A stretch of 64,000 bases of DNA from an uncultured Acidobacteriota bacterium (GTDB lineage Bacteria > Acidobacteriota > Thermoanaerobaculia > Gp7-AA8). The stretch covers positions 64,001 through 128,000 of the forward strand of contig CAVUKB010000010.1 of assembly GCA_963741955.1 (NCBI GenBank), written 5' to 3'. This document shows, one piece after another, positions 1-11,440 of the stretch. The notes below the pieces were generated by a model. That model was given only the letters and a program-made list of their open reading frames with translations, made no database searches and was not told the origin of the DNA. Position 1 is the stretch's first letter, and each line of letters starts with the position of its first letter. The position numbers and the translations under genes are program-made.

Positions 1-1491
1 AGGAACCTCCCCCGGTTCGCGGATGTAGGTGCGATACACGTCGAGAGATGCGGTGATCTCGACCAGCGCGTCTTCGATCTCTTCCTGCGGGAAATCGCGG
101 GCGGTCCGGTCCGCAGCGGCGAGTCCGGCGAGTCTCGCCGCGAGCGCGCGAGTCTCGCTGACGAAGAGACTTTCGATGACCAGCTTTTTTCGTTCGTACG
201 CGATATCGTCGAACGGCTCACGAATCCCGCCCAGATCGGTGTAGAGAGCAGAGAGCCGGCCCAAACCATCAGGGCTGACGAACAGGTCATTCACCCGATT
301 CAGGAAATCGTATCCGGTGGTTCCGCTCACCGCGAAATCGTTCGGCAACTGCTCATCGCGAGCGAGGATCTTTTCCACCACCACCCAGTAAGGGCGGTGA
401 TTTTCAGCAGACGCTTCGACTCCGGCCAGCCGGATCTGCAGCTTACGCAGGTGCGCCACCGGATCGTAGAGGCCGTCGATGTGATCGATGCGCAACCCGG
501 TCACCCGCCCCTCGTCCACGAGTTGCAGGATGAGCTTCTGGCGGGCCTCGAACACTTCGGGGTCTTCGATGCGCAGTCCCACCAGGTCGGTGATGTCGAA
601 GAATCGTCGGTAGTTGATCTGTTCGGACGCGCGGCGCCAGTACGCCAGGCGATACCACTGGCGATCGAGAAGCGAATCGAGCTGTTCGAAACTCGTCGGG
701 TCGTCCGGCGTGCCGTTCCACGAGTCGACCACCCGTTGCAGCGTCTCACCGAAATTTTGGTCGACCTGTTGGAGCCGCTCGAGAGTCTCCTTGAGGAAGC
801 GGGTGTTCGTCATCCGTTCCGGATCCTGATTCTCCGTCCCGGCCACCGGCTCGAATCCCCGCAGGATCTCCTCCAGCTCGATTGCGGAAGGATTCGATCC
901 GTGCCCCTCGGAGTGCATCCGGTCGAGAACGGCGCGCAGGAGCTCGAGATAGGAGTAGCCCGCGATCGGCATTTTGCGATCGTAGTAGGTGACGAACAGC
1001 CCTCGTTCACCCACCGCCAGACGGAGCTCGCCCTTCTCCAGAGCCTCGCCGTACGGGCGTCCGAGAATCGGGAGAAGAATTTTCCGTTCGAGTCCGCGGG
1101 GGAAATGAAAAGGGTGCCATTCGATATCGAAGTATTGAGCACGTCGCGAGTACGGGCCGTTCTCGAGGACGTCCATCCACCAGGAGTTCTCGGATGTCGC
1201 CGCCATGTGGTTCGGAACGATGTCGAGAATCAATCCCAACCCGTTCTCGCCGAGCCGGTCGCTGAGAGAAATGAACTCCTCCTCCCCGCCTGCCTCCGGG
1301 TTGACGTGATGCGGATCGACGACGTCGTAGCCGTGCTGACTGCCGGGGGTGGCCGTCAGGATCGGAGAACTGTAGAGGTCCGTGATCCCGAGTGATGCGA
1401 GATAAGGGACGATGGCCGTGGCATCGCCGAACCGGAACGAGCCGTTGAACTGGATACGATACGTCGCGGTCGGGACTCGGAATTGCGTCAT
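1..1491 (-). CDS. treY: Malto-oligosyltrehalose synthase (3' end beyond window start)
   Basis: Manual translation from ATG at 1491: MTQFRVPTATYRIQFNGSFRFGDA..., YSSPILTATPGSQHGYDVVD, LDIVPNHM, LRIDHIDGLYDP (GH13 TreY motifs). Absent from the ORF track because no stop lies in the window. Confidence 0.93.
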   Translation of the reverse strand, partial: MTQFRVPTATYRIQFNGSFRFGDATAIVPYLASLGITDLYSSPILTATPGSQHGYDVVDPHHVNPEAGGEEEFISLSDRLGENGLGLILDIVPNHMAATSENSWWMDVLENGPYSRRAQYFDIEWHPFHFPRGLERKILLPILGRPYGEALEKGELRLAVGERGLFVTYYDRKMPIAGYSYLELLRAVLDRMHSEGHGSNPSAIELEEILRGFEPVAGTENQDPERMTNTRFLKETLERLQQVDQNFGETLQRVVDSWNGTPDDPTSFEQLDSLLDRQWYRLAYWRRASEQINYRRFFDITDLVGLRIEDPEVFEARQKLILQLVDEGRVTGLRIDHIDGLYDPVAHLRKLQIRLAGVEASAENHRPYWVVVEKILARDEQLPNDFAVSGTTGYDFLNRVNDLFVSPDGLGRLSALYTDLGGIREPFDDIAYERKKLVIESLFVSETRALAARLAGLAAADRTARDFPQEEIEDALVEITASLDVYRTYIREPGEVP

Positions 1492-1498
1492 CGTGTTC

Positions 1499-3379
1499 TC
1501 ATTCCTTCCCGTCGATTCGCGTCGAATGCGCATCCGGAGCCTTCCAGTAGACCACGACGCTCTCCGGAGCAAGAGTCAGGGTTCGGTTCGCGTCCCGGGC
1601 GACGTTCTCCTCTGCGGTCGCTCCGTCGCCGTTCCACCGTGGCTCCGAAGAATCGAGCAGCTTCGTCCAGTGGCCGCGCGACATGATCGCGTCGACGGTC
1701 TGCGGGGACTCGCTGAAGTTGAAGAGGAGGAGCGATTCGTCATAACGCACCGAGCGACGGACCTGAAGCACTCGCTTCTCCTCGAAGGGGACGGGATCGA
1801 TCGTTCCTTCGTCTCCCGCGCCGAGCGAAGGATACTTCGACCGGAGCGCCAGCAGCTCGCGGTAGAACTCGAGAAGAGTGCGATGCGGCTCCCCCGTCGC
1901 CTGGCCGGGGTCGAGCGTCGAGCGGTTGAATGTTCTTTCGTCCTGGGGATCGGGAGCCTCTCCTTTCCAGGCGAAGGATGCGAACTCCGCGCGCCGCCCG
2001 CTGCGGACGGCCTCGATCAGATCGGGATCCGAGTGGCTGGTGAAGTAGAGGAACGGCGCTGTTTCCCCGTATTCCTCCCCCATGAAGAGAAGCGGCAGGA
2101 AGGGCGAAAGAATCACGGCGGCGGCAGCGAGTTTCAATCGCACGAACGGCACCAGACTCGAGAGTCGCTCGCCGAGCATCCTGTTGCCGACCTGATCGTG
2201 ATTCTGCGAACAGACCACGAACCGTGACGGCGGCAGGCCTGCTGGTGATGCGCCGTAGCGCCGGCCCCGGTGAATCGCGTACTGGCCGGTGTAAACGAAT
2301 CCTTCGCGATAGACCCGAGCCAGATCGGAGAGGCGGCCGAAGCCGGCGTAGTACCCCTCTCCTTCGCGGGTGAGAATGGTGTGGAGCGAGTGGTGGAAGT
2401 CGTCACTCCATTGCGCATCGAGACCATATCCACCGACCGCCTTCGGCCGGATCAGACGAGGATCGTTCAGGTCACTCTCGGCGATGGCGAATACGTGCCG
2501 GTGCAGAGTACGCGAGAGGATGTGAACCTCGTCGGCGAGCTCTTCGAGGAACTTGCGCGCCGATTCGTCGACGATCGCATGAACCGCGTCGAGGCGGAGT
2601 GCGTCGATGTGGAACTCGTCGATCCACATCCGTGCGTTTTCGATGAAGTAGCGGCGTACCTCGTCGCTTTCCGGGCCGTCGAAGTTCAGCGCATCTCCCC
2701 ACGGTGTGTGATATCGATCAGTGAAGTAGGGAGCGAATTCGCCGAGGTAGTTTCCTTCCGGACCGAGGTGGTTGTAGACCACGTCGAGACAGACGGCGAG
2801 GCCACGCGCGTGCGCGCTGTCGACGAGGCGTTTGAGGCCGGTCACTCCCCCGTACGAGCTCTGCACCGCCCAGGGAAAGGCGCCGTCGTATCCCCAGTTC
2901 CGCGTACCGGGGAAGTGGGCGACGGGCATCAGTTCGACGAACGTGATTCCCATGCGCGCCAGGCGATCGAGGTGCGGAATCACAGCTTCGAATGTTCCTT
3001 CGGGCGTGAATGTACCGACGTGCAGCTCGTAGAAGACGGCGAGAGGGAGCGGAATGCCGCTCCAGGAGGAGTCGCTCCACTCGAAATCGCGGGCCACGAC
3101 GGAGGAGGCATGGTGAACGCCATCGGGTTGGGCTCGCGAAGCGGGGTCCGGCCGGTCGGACCGGCCGTCGAGGCGAAAGAGGTAGCGCGCTCCGGGTCCT
3201 GCTTCCGCGACTCTCTTCCAGTACCCGTCTGCTTCGCGGTCCATCGGCAGGAGCTGCTCGCGCGGCGAAAGGAGGTGAAGCTCGACCGAGGATGCCCTCG
3301 GTGCCCAGACGTGAAACAGCGTCAACCGCTCGTCGAGCGGAGTGGCGCCGAGCGGCGGTCTCTCTTCCAGGCGTGCCAT
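1499..3379 (-). CDS. treZ: Malto-oligosyltrehalose trehalohydrolase
   Basis: YELHVGTFTPEGTF, NWGYDG, DVVYNHLGPEGNYL, LRLDAVHAI, QNHDQVGNR; adjacent to treY. Confidence 0.95.
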   Translation of the reverse strand: MARLEERPPLGATPLDERLTLFHVWAPRASSVELHLLSPREQLLPMDREADGYWKRVAEAGPGARYLFRLDGRSDRPDPASRAQPDGVHHASSVVARDFEWSDSSWSGIPLPLAVFYELHVGTFTPEGTFEAVIPHLDRLARMGITFVELMPVAHFPGTRNWGYDGAFPWAVQSSYGGVTGLKRLVDSAHARGLAVCLDVVYNHLGPEGNYLGEFAPYFTDRYHTPWGDALNFDGPESDEVRRYFIENARMWIDEFHIDALRLDAVHAIVDESARKFLEELADEVHILSRTLHRHVFAIAESDLNDPRLIRPKAVGGYGLDAQWSDDFHHSLHTILTREGEGYYAGFGRLSDLARVYREGFVYTGQYAIHRGRRYGASPAGLPPSRFVVCSQNHDQVGNRMLGERLSSLVPFVRLKLAAAAVILSPFLPLLFMGEEYGETAPFLYFTSHSDPDLIEAVRSGRRAEFASFAWKGEAPDPQDERTFNRSTLDPGQATGEPHRTLLEFYRELLALRSKYPSLGAGDEGTIDPVPFEEKRVLQVRRSVRYDESLLLFNFSESPQTVDAIMSRGHWTKLLDSSEPRWNGDGATAEENVARDANRTLTLAPESVVVYWKAPDAHSTRIDGKE

Positions 3380-3576
3380 TCGTCGTTCGTTCAGCTTCAG
3401 GGTCAGGTATTCGAAGTCGTGTCGTTCAGCCTGCGCGGATTTTCCGCCGCCCTCTTTCCCGGCGATGCACGGAAGAAGAACGGGATGGCGGCGCGTACGA
3501 GCGCGAGCTGCGAACCGGCGTCCGTGGAGCCGGTCCTTCGCTCGGATGACTCACGAAATGCCGTCGCGTACGTCTC

Positions 3577-5805
3577 CTATTCTCTCCCGAAGAAGACGGC
3601 GCCCAGGGGAGGAAGAGTAAGCGTCAGGGAATGGCTCTGGCCATGGAGTGAGAAAGGTGCCGCTTCGGCACCGCCGAGATTCCCCTGCCCGCTCCCCCCG
3701 TAGAGAGGCGCATCGCTGTTCAGGGCCTCTTTCCACCATCCTCTGCCCGGGGCCCCGACCATGTAATTGTGCCGAGGTACCGGAGTGAAATTGAACACGC
3801 AGAGGATCGCGTCGTCCTCGGATCGACCTCTCCGGATGAAGCTGATCACGCTGTTGTCCGTGTCGCAGCAGTCGACCCAGGAGAATCCGCGCGGGTCATA
3901 ATCGAGCTGGTGGAGTGCGGTCCTCTCGCGGTACGTGCGGTTCATGTCCGCGACCCATCGCTGGACTCCGGCATGTCCGGGGTCGTCGAGGAGGTGCCAG
4001 TCCAGACTCGATTCGTGATTCCACTCGTGCCACTGCCCGAGCTCTCCTCCCATGAAGAGAAGCTTCTTGCCGGGCTGGGCCCACATGTAGGCATAGAGGA
4101 GACGGAGGTTCGCCATCTTCTGCCACGCGTCCCCGGGCATCTTTCCGGCGAGCGATCCTTTTCCGTGCACCACTTCGTCATGCGAGAGCGGAAGCACGAA
4201 ATTTTCGGAGAAGGCGTAGATCATCCGGAAGGTCAGATCGTTGTGGTGATACTTCCGGTGAATCGGCTCATTCGACATGTAGCGGAGCGTGTCGTGCATC
4301 CACCCCATGTCCCACTTCATTCCGAATCCCAGGCCGCCGACATAAAGAGGGCGCGAGACCATCGGCCAGGCGGTCGACTCTTCCGCGATCGTCTGCACGT
4401 CGGGAGTGGTCTGGAAGACGTCCTGGTTCATCCGGCGAAGAAAGTCGATCGCCTCGAGATTCTCGCGGCCACCGTACTTGTTCGGGATCCACTCTCCCTC
4501 CTTTCTGGAGTAGTCGAGATAGAGCATCGAGGCGACGGCGTCGACGCGCAGGCCGTCCGCATGGAACTTCTCGAGCCAGAACATCGCGCTGGAGAGGAGA
4601 AACGCCCGAACCTCGTTTCGACCGTAATTGAAGATGTAGCTTCCCCAGTCGGGATGAAACCCCTGGCGCGGGTCTGCGTGTTCGAACAGGTGCGTCCCGT
4701 CGAAATACGCGAGCCCGTGCTCGTCAGTCGGGAAGTGCGACGGCACCCAGTCGAGGATCACACCGATGCCGCGCTGGTGCAGGTGGTCGATCATGTACAT
4801 CAGATCCTGGGGCGTTCCGTACCGGCTGGTCGGGGCGAAGAAGCCGGTGACCTGGTATCCCCACGACCCGAAAAAGGGATGTTCCATGATCGGGAGGAGC
4901 TCCACGTGCGTGAACCCGAGCTGATTGCAGTAGTCCGCCAGCAGAGGGGCCATCTCACGGTACGTGAGCGGACGGTTGTCCTCTTCGGGGACACGTCTCC
5001 ACGATCCGACATGCAGCTCGTAGATCGACATCGGTGAATCGAGTGAGTTCCGGCCACGCCGGGTCTGCATCCATTCGGCATCGCCCCACTGGTACTCGAC
5101 GTCCCACACGATGGACGCGGTCTTCGGGGGCGTCTCGTGCATGAAGGCGAACGGATCCGCCTTGTCCACGCGGAATCCGTCGTGCTTCGATTCGATGTGG
5201 TACTTGTACGCGTCGCCTCTCTTCAGGCCTGGGATATGGCCTTCCCAGATTCCGGAATGGCCGCGCGGCTGTAGCGGATTCTGCCCCTTTTGCCATCCAT
5301 TGAAGTCGCCGATGACCGATACCCGCTCCGCCGAAGGCGCCCAGACGGCGAAACTCACACCATTTGCGACCACGTGTGCGCCGAGCTTTTCGTACAGCTT
5401 GTGGTGAGTTCCCTCGTTGAACAGATAGATGTCGTCGTCGGAGAGGAGCGAGTGACCGCCGCCGGGATGCGGAGGAGCCGCGGGAGAGCCGCCACCGGAC
5501 ACTTTCGTGACGCTGGGCGCGGGCGCCGATTCGGAGTCGGATGTCACGGGAGCGGGATTTTTTCCGGCACGCGAGCGCGTGGCGCGAGGAGTGCCCGCTC
5601 GGGGGGTCCCTTCCTTCTTTGCGGAGCTCCGCTTCGGCCGCGGAGCAGATTCACCCTGCTGCGGCGAGTCGCCGGCGTCTTTTCCGACGTCGGCTCGCTT
5701 CGCGGGCGGACGTCCGGATCCGGACGGTTCAGCGTTCCGTTTCGTCTCCGGTCGTACTGCCTTCTCGCGGCTGTTCTCTGCTGAATCGTGTCGCTCGTCT
5801 GTCAT
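3577..5805 (-). CDS. glgB: 1,4-alpha-glucan branching enzyme with low-complexity N-terminal extension
   Basis: [62 protein letters not shown]. Start uncertain (5805 or 5814). Confidence 0.95.
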   Translation of the reverse strand: MTDERHDSAENSREKAVRPETKRNAEPSGSGRPPAKRADVGKDAGDSPQQGESAPRPKRSSAKKEGTPRAGTPRATRSRAGKNPAPVTSDSESAPAPSVTKVSGGGSPAAPPHPGGGHSLLSDDDIYLFNEGTHHKLYEKLGAHVVANGVSFAVWAPSAERVSVIGDFNGWQKGQNPLQPRGHSGIWEGHIPGLKRGDAYKYHIESKHDGFRVDKADPFAFMHETPPKTASIVWDVEYQWGDAEWMQTRRGRNSLDSPMSIYELHVGSWRRVPEEDNRPLTYREMAPLLADYCNQLGFTHVELLPIMEHPFFGSWGYQVTGFFAPTSRYGTPQDLMYMIDHLHQRGIGVILDWVPSHFPTDEHGLAYFDGTHLFEHADPRQGFHPDWGSYIFNYGRNEVRAFLLSSAMFWLEKFHADGLRVDAVASMLYLDYSRKEGEWIPNKYGGRENLEAIDFLRRMNQDVFQTTPDVQTIAEESTAWPMVSRPLYVGGLGFGMKWDMGWMHDTLRYMSNEPIHRKYHHNDLTFRMIYAFSENFVLPLSHDEVVHGKGSLAGKMPGDAWQKMANLRLLYAYMWAQPGKKLLFMGGELGQWHEWNHESSLDWHLLDDPGHAGVQRWVADMNRTYRERTALHQLDYDPRGFSWVDCCDTDNSVISFIRRGRSEDDAILCVFNFTPVPRHNYMVGAPGRGWWKEALNSDAPLYGGSGQGNLGGAEAAPFSLHGQSHSLTLTLPPLGAVFFGRE

Positions 5806-7948
5806 TGTCGGCACCTTGTCGTCGGATTCGGTTGATCTCCGTGAGCTCTGAACCGGTGAGCTCGTCGCGCTGGATCTGCTCGAGCGTCAGACGAGTCCGA
5901 AAACGCCAGTTCGGGCGTTCGGAGGTCGTCGTCGGGATGTTCTGTGACTCCGTCTCGAGCCACAGATCCTCCAGATTGAGCAGTACGACTCCCGCACGGC
6001 TTCCGGCGAGGAAGCGGTGTGCAGCACGTGTGACCTCGAGGACATCCGTTGCCCCCGGGCGGAGTACCTGACGTTCATGCAAGATGCGGGTCAGAGTGGT
6101 CTGGATCGCTTCTCGCCGCTGGCGTAGCGACTCGGCTTTCGCTGACGTGATCATCCGAAGCTCGAGCCGCTCGTCGATGTCGTTTCCGTTCCAGAAGGCG
6201 GTGAACGGCGGCATGTCGTGATTGTTGAGGCTGGCGACCATGTTCGGCGTGATCTCCCCCGGAGGATCGTCGAGGACGTGAGTCATCTGACGCTGGAGGA
6301 CGAACAATCTCCGGAAGCCGCGGCGGTCCATCTTCGTCCGAACGTACGAGGGGACGGTGCCGAGGTCCTCGCCGATGACTTGCGCACGGGAGCGGTGCGA
6401 TTCGATGTTGAAGATCGCGTAAAGCTCCCGCGCGCGGTAGCGGACGTACGCGCCGGCCGATGGCGGCATCCCCTCCGGGATCCAGTACAGCCGGTGCAGA
6501 CCCATCACGTGATCGATCCTGAGCATTCCCGCGTGACGCATCTGATGTCGAACGCAATCGATGAGGTGAGAATAGCCGTCCTCCCGAATCGCGTCCGGGT
6601 CGAGAGGAGGAAATCCCCAGTTCTGGCCGGACGCATACGAGATGTCGGGGGGAGCTCCGACCGACGCGGTATCGGCGAAGAGCGACGGAAACCGCCACAC
6701 GTCGAACGCATCGGGGTGCGTTCCGAGTGGAAAATCGAGATAGAGACGGACCCCGTGCTCCGCCGCGGCTGACGCGGTGGCGGCCAGCTGCTCTGCGGCG
6801 ATCCATTGCACGAACAGATGCAGCCTTTCGACGGCCGGATCGAAGTCCGTCTCGCGCAAGTCGCCTCTCCGGAGCCGCTCCGGCCAGGCCCGCCACCCTT
6901 CGCCACGCCGCTCGACGACGGCGCGGAATCGGGCATAGTCGCGGAGGTAGGGCCGTGATGCGATGAAGCTTTCGTACGCCTCGCGTTCTGCGACGTCGTT
7001 CCCGAAAAACCAGGTTGCGAGCGCCTCGAGAACTTCGCGCTTTCGCTCGTACGTCGTCCGATAGTCGATCTCTCTCTCCTCATCGGACACCCGGGAAGTG
7101 CGACCTCCCGGTTGGAGCAGCCGGCGGGCGGGATCGCATGCTTCGATGAACGGGATCCGGTCGAGATCGATGTAGATCTCGTTCCAGAAGAGACGCGAAA
7201 CGGGCGAGTAAGGGCTCGGATCGAACGGCTCCTGAAGATATGCGGGGAGCAGCGGCAACGTTCCGACGAACGAAGCGCCGTGTCTGCCGGCGTATGCGGC
7301 CAATGTCTCTGCATCACCGAAGTCGCCGATTCCGAAGCCGTCCCGATGGTGGAGAGCGTAGATCGGAACGAAAACGCCCCACGCGCCACGATCGGAGCCG
7401 GGGTCAGGTGTCCACGCGCGGCGAGGAGCCGATAAGATCGCGGCACGAAATTCGTTTCCGCCGAGCTCGAGTCGGACCCGATGATAACCGGGAGGAAGAT
7501 CGCCCACCGGAACCGCTTTGATGACCTGCCTCGACGTCGGATCACGGTGCCGGCGGAGAGGCGCGAGCCGGCCGAGATCGAGATCCAGCGTCTGTCGCCC
7601 CCCATCTTCGAGTTGAATCTCGAGCGAAGCCTTCTTCCGTGACGTGCGCGGGTCCAGACGGAGGTTGAGCGAGCACTCGCGTCCCGTCCACGCCACGTTG
7701 ACCGGTTCGATCACGCGGCCCGAAGCGGCGGACCGGCGCAACGCGATGGCTTCCATCACATCGGTCTCGCTGCGAAGGGCGACGCCCCGCGCTCTGAGAA
7801 TGCCGAAGATCGTCTCGGCTCCCGCCTCGATCCGGTTCCCGAACACGTTCGTGTACACGGTCTGGATCGAATAGAGCGAAGCGAGCTCGCGGAGAGCCGG
7901 CGAGGGACGTCTCTCCGGAGTCCATGATCTCGTGCTCATGAGTCCCAT
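5729..7948 (-). CDS. malQ: 4-alpha-glucanotransferase (amylomaltase, GH77)
   Basis: [22 protein letters not shown]...[35 protein letters not shown]. Confidence 0.93.
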   Translation of the reverse strand: MGLMSTRSWTPERRPSPALRELASLYSIQTVYTNVFGNRIEAGAETIFGILRARGVALRSETDVMEAIALRRSAASGRVIEPVNVAWTGRECSLNLRLDPRTSRKKASLEIQLEDGGRQTLDLDLGRLAPLRRHRDPTSRQVIKAVPVGDLPPGYHRVRLELGGNEFRAAILSAPRRAWTPDPGSDRGAWGVFVPIYALHHRDGFGIGDFGDAETLAAYAGRHGASFVGTLPLLPAYLQEPFDPSPYSPVSRLFWNEIYIDLDRIPFIEACDPARRLLQPGGRTSRVSDEEREIDYRTTYERKREVLEALATWFFGNDVAEREAYESFIASRPYLRDYARFRAVVERRGEGWRAWPERLRRGDLRETDFDPAVERLHLFVQWIAAEQLAATASAAAEHGVRLYLDFPLGTHPDAFDVWRFPSLFADTASVGAPPDISYASGQNWGFPPLDPDAIREDGYSHLIDCVRHQMRHAGMLRIDHVMGLHRLYWIPEGMPPSAGAYVRYRARELYAIFNIESHRSRAQVIGEDLGTVPSYVRTKMDRRGFRRLFVLQRQMTHVLDDPPGEITPNMVASLNNHDMPPFTAFWNGNDIDERLELRMITSAKAESLRQRREAIQTTLTRILHERQVLRPGATDVLEVTRAAHRFLAGSRAGVVLLNLEDLWLETESQNIPTTTSERPNWRFRTRLTLEQIQRDELTGSELTEINRIRRQGADNDRRATRFSREQPREGSTTGDETER

Positions 7949-8071
7949 GCAATCACACCGGAGGCGATCACGTCGAGGAGCGGAAGCAAACGCAACGCGG
8001 CAGAGAGGCCATCATCCGCCGACCCGGCAGCGACGGTGTGAGGAATCCGGGCTTGCGCCGTCCCTCATCGC

Positions 8072-11000
8072 TCATGGTTCCGTCCCGAGGAGCTGGAGAA
8101 TGCCCCGAAGCGGGATCTCCACCCATTCCGGCCGGTTGTTCAGCTCGTAGCCGAGCTCGTACATCGCCTTTTCGAGGAGGTACGAGTCGAGCAGAATTTC
8201 CAACTGCTCGGGCGCGCTCGGAATGATTCCGCTATCCGCCGTCGCTTCGATGTAGGACCGCAGGTAGATGGCGCTGACCCAGCGGTGCCAGAAGCGGGCG
8301 GAGGGTTCGACGATGGAAACGTCTTCGACGCGAAGGCTGACGCCCGGCGCGCGACCGAGGAGGACTGCATACGGCGCGTAGTGGAACGAGCGCAGCATCC
8401 CCGAGACGTCGCGAAGAGGACTCCGCTTGATGCGACGCTCGCCGATCGGCCGGCTCGGCTCTCCTTCGAAGTCGATGATGATGAAGTCCTTTCCGGTGTG
8501 GAGGACCTGACCGAGGTGGTAGTCGCCGTGGACGCGCGTTCGGAGGGCCTTGATCTTCTGGTCGGCGATCCTGCGGAAGCGGGCGAGAAGGTCCGATTCG
8601 TTCTCGAGCAGTGTCTCGGCGAGGATGCGGGCGGTCTCGGGGAGTGTACGAACGCACTTCCTGAGCATCTGAACGGCGCTGATGGCCTGTCCGCGCATGT
8701 GCTGGTAGATGGAGCGCTGGTAGAAGGGCGTGAACGGTTCAGGAGCGAAATCGGGATCATCATTGCGTGAGGCGAGCGCCGAATGCATCTCGCCGGTCCG
8801 CCGGCCGAGGAGCTCCGCATCGCTGGCGAATTGCGCCAGGGCCGAGACCACGTGCTCGGGCAGCGGCATCTCGGCGAGTTGCAGGAGCGGCTCGGTGGGT
8901 ATTCGCGTCGTGGGGATCCCGATCTCCTCCCGTTCGCTGAGGACGCGGTCGAAGAATCGTCCGAGCTCGTCGAGGGTGTACCGCCACGCATCGCCGCCGT
9001 TGGGGACGAACTGTTGCAGCATCGCCAGGGTTGCCGGTTCACCCTTCTTCTTCGGTACGTACTCCAGACCGCCGGCGAGAGGAGCGATGTGCCGGAAATT
9101 CGTCTTGTCCATCAGGAAGCGGGTCACTTCGAAATCGACGTTGATCCCTCGCTCGACCCGGCGGAAGAGTTTGAGGAAGAGACTGTCGCCGTAAATCAAG
9201 GCGGTGTTGCTCTGCTCGGCCCGCAGAAGCGTCGGCTCGAGGTTCTCGCCGGCGGCGTCGACGATCTTCTTCAGATTCGGCCGGCGGACGGCGCGTACTT
9301 CGCCGTGCAGTCCCTTGAGCTGGCGGCGGGATCGGATTGCGTTGAGGAGGGCGTGCTCGAAATCCTTCTCGGCGATCGGCTCGTAGAGAATTCCTTCCCG
9401 CCCACGTCCCTGCAGCCGTGCCACGATCAGATCCGGCATCTCGACCGAAATGCGATGCGACTCTTCGCCGGTGGCGATCGCGAGCGGAAGCACGTAGAAG
9501 TCGCTCGTCCCTTCCACGTAGTCGACGCGGACGATGGTGAGATCCGCCGCGGTTCCCGGAACGTCGATCGCTTCCACGATCTCGGCGCCCTTGAGCCCTC
9601 GTGCCTTTCCTCCGAACCAGCGACGTGACTGGAAATAGCCGATCAGCCCTTCGCGTAGTTCAGCCGCGTGAGGCACGAGAATCTCCTCCCAATTCTCGGC
9701 GGAGATGATCGGGATGGCTCTGGCCGCGCCGGGCATCAGTTCGGGCCGGGCTTCCAGGTTCCGCAGAGCGAACCAGTAGAAGCCGTGCGGGCCCAGGGTG
9801 AGGAAGTAGGGGAGGGTACCGATCTCCGGGAAGTGAGTCTGTCCGAAGAGCTCCACCGGAGTCATGCCCCGGTACCGGGACATGTCGAGCTCGATGTACT
9901 GAACGAAGCGGGAGAGGTTCGCAACCACGAGGATCGTCTCGTCTTCCCACGTGCGGACGAAGGTGAGGACCTTCCGGTTCTCGGGATGGAGAAACTCGAG
10001 CGCTCCGCGTCCGAATGCCTTGTACCGCTTTCTCAGGTCGATCAGCCGTTTCATCCACCAGAGAAGTGATTGCGGGTTGTTCTGCTGTGATTCGACGTTC
10101 ACTGCCTCGTAGTGGTACTCCGGATCGATGATCACCGGAAGAAAGAGTCGCTGCGGATTGGCTCTGGAGAATCCCGCATTGCGATCGGGGCTCCACTGCA
10201 TCGGAGTCCTGACCCCGTGCCGGTCGCCGAGATAGATGTTGTCCCCCATCCCGATCTCGTCGCCGTAGTAAATGATCGGTGTTCCGGGAAACGAGAAGAG
10301 GAGCGCGTTCATCAGCTCGATTCTCTTTCTCTGGTTTCCGAGGAGGGGTGCGAGGCGACGGCGGATGCCGAGATTGATCCGTGCCTGACGGTCCTCCGCA
10401 TACGCACGGTACATGTAGTCGCGATCTTCGTCGGTCACCATCTCGAGTGTGAGCTCGTCGTGATTGCGGAGAAAGACTGCCCACTGAGAGTTCTCCGGGA
10501 TGTCCGGTGTCTGCTGCATGATGTCGACGATGGGATAGCGGTCCTCCATCGCCACGCTCATGAAGAGGCGCGGCATCAACGGGAAGTGGAATGCGACGTG
10601 GCATTCGTCTCCTTCGCCGAAGTACTGCCTCGCATCGTCGGGCCACTGGTTCGCTTCGGCCAGAAGCATCCGGTTTTTGAATCTGTCGTCGACGTGTCGC
10701 CGGAGTCGTTTGAGGAATTCGTGGGTCTCAGGAAGATTTTCGCAGCTGGTTCCCTCGCGCTCATAGAGATACGGGATTGCATCCAGACGGAGCCCGTCGA
10801 CTCCCATCCCCATCCAGAGATCGAGCGTCTGCAGGACCGCCTTTGTCACTGCAGGGTTGTCGAAGTTGAGGTCCGGTTGATGGCCGTAGAAGCGGTGCCA
10901 GTAGTAGGCCTGTGCAACCGGATCCCAGGCCCAGTTCGACGTCTCGAAATCCTTGAAGATGATCCGTGCTTCGTTGTAGCGCTCGGGAGTGTCGCTCCAG

Positions 11001-11416
11001 ACGTAGAAGTTCCGCCATGCAGAGCCGGGTGCGGAACGGCGGGAACGCTGGAACCACGGATGCTGGTCCGAGGTGTGGTTGATGACGAGCTCGGTGACCA
11101 CGCGGAGACCGCGGCGATGCGCTTCGTTCAGGAACGTGCGGAAATCGCGCATCGAACCGTAGTTGGGGTGGATGCCACTGTAGGAAGCAATGTCGTACCC
11201 ATCGTCCTTCATCGGAGAGGGATAGAAGGGGAGGAGCCAGAGCGTGGTAACCCCGAGGTTTTCGAGGTAGTCGAGCTTTTCGGTCAGACCGACGAAGTCA
11301 CCGATGCCGTCTCCGTCGCTGTCGTAGAACGCCTTGATGTGGAGCTGATAGATGACCGCGTCTTTGTACCAGAGCGGATCGTCGGAGATTTGAGAGATCT
11401 TCTTCTTTGCGGCCAT
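8072..11416 (-). CDS. treS: Trehalose synthase fused to maltokinase (TreS-Mak/Pep2)
   Basis: N-terminal WYKDAVIYQLH, FLRNHDELTLEMVTDEDRDYM, RINLGIRRRLAPLL; C-terminal kinase motifs EQSNT, RVHGDYHLGQVL, DFEGEP. Confidence 0.95.
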   Translation of the reverse strand: MAAKKKISQISDDPLWYKDAVIYQLHIKAFYDSDGDGIGDFVGLTEKLDYLENLGVTTLWLLPFYPSPMKDDGYDIASYSGIHPNYGSMRDFRTFLNEAHRRGLRVVTELVINHTSDQHPWFQRSRRSAPGSAWRNFYVWSDTPERYNEARIIFKDFETSNWAWDPVAQAYYWHRFYGHQPDLNFDNPAVTKAVLQTLDLWMGMGVDGLRLDAIPYLYEREGTSCENLPETHEFLKRLRRHVDDRFKNRMLLAEANQWPDDARQYFGEGDECHVAFHFPLMPRLFMSVAMEDRYPIVDIMQQTPDIPENSQWAVFLRNHDELTLEMVTDEDRDYMYRAYAEDRQARINLGIRRRLAPLLGNQRKRIELMNALLFSFPGTPIIYYGDEIGMGDNIYLGDRHGVRTPMQWSPDRNAGFSRANPQRLFLPVIIDPEYHYEAVNVESQQNNPQSLLWWMKRLIDLRKRYKAFGRGALEFLHPENRKVLTFVRTWEDETILVVANLSRFVQYIELDMSRYRGMTPVELFGQTHFPEIGTLPYFLTLGPHGFYWFALRNLEARPELMPGAARAIPIISAENWEEILVPHAAELREGLIGYFQSRRWFGGKARGLKGAEIVEAIDVPGTAADLTIVRVDYVEGTSDFYVLPLAIATGEESHRISVEMPDLIVARLQGRGREGILYEPIAEKDFEHALLNAIRSRRQLKGLHGEVRAVRRPNLKKIVDAAGENLEPTLLRAEQSNTALIYGDSLFLKLFRRVERGINVDFEVTRFLMDKTNFRHIAPLAGGLEYVPKKKGEPATLAMLQQFVPNGGDAWRYTLDELGRFFDRVLSEREEIGIPTTRIPTEPLLQLAEMPLPEHVVSALAQFASDAELLGRRTGEMHSALASRNDDPDFAPEPFTPFYQRSIYQHMRGQAISAVQMLRKCVRTLPETARILAETLLENESDLLARFRRIADQKIKALRTRVHGDYHLGQVLHTGKDFIIIDFEGEPSRPIGERRIKRSPLRDVSGMLRSFHYAPYAVLLGRAPGVSLRVEDVSIVEPSARFWHRWVSAIYLRSYIEATADSGIIPSAPEQLEILLDSYLLEKAMYELGYELNNRPEWVEIPLRGILQLLGTEP

Positions 11417-11440
11417 CGACTTGTGAGTGCTCCTTGGTGA

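Noticed and set aside
397-1395. 332-aa plus-strand ORF
   Set aside because: Antisense shadow of treY.
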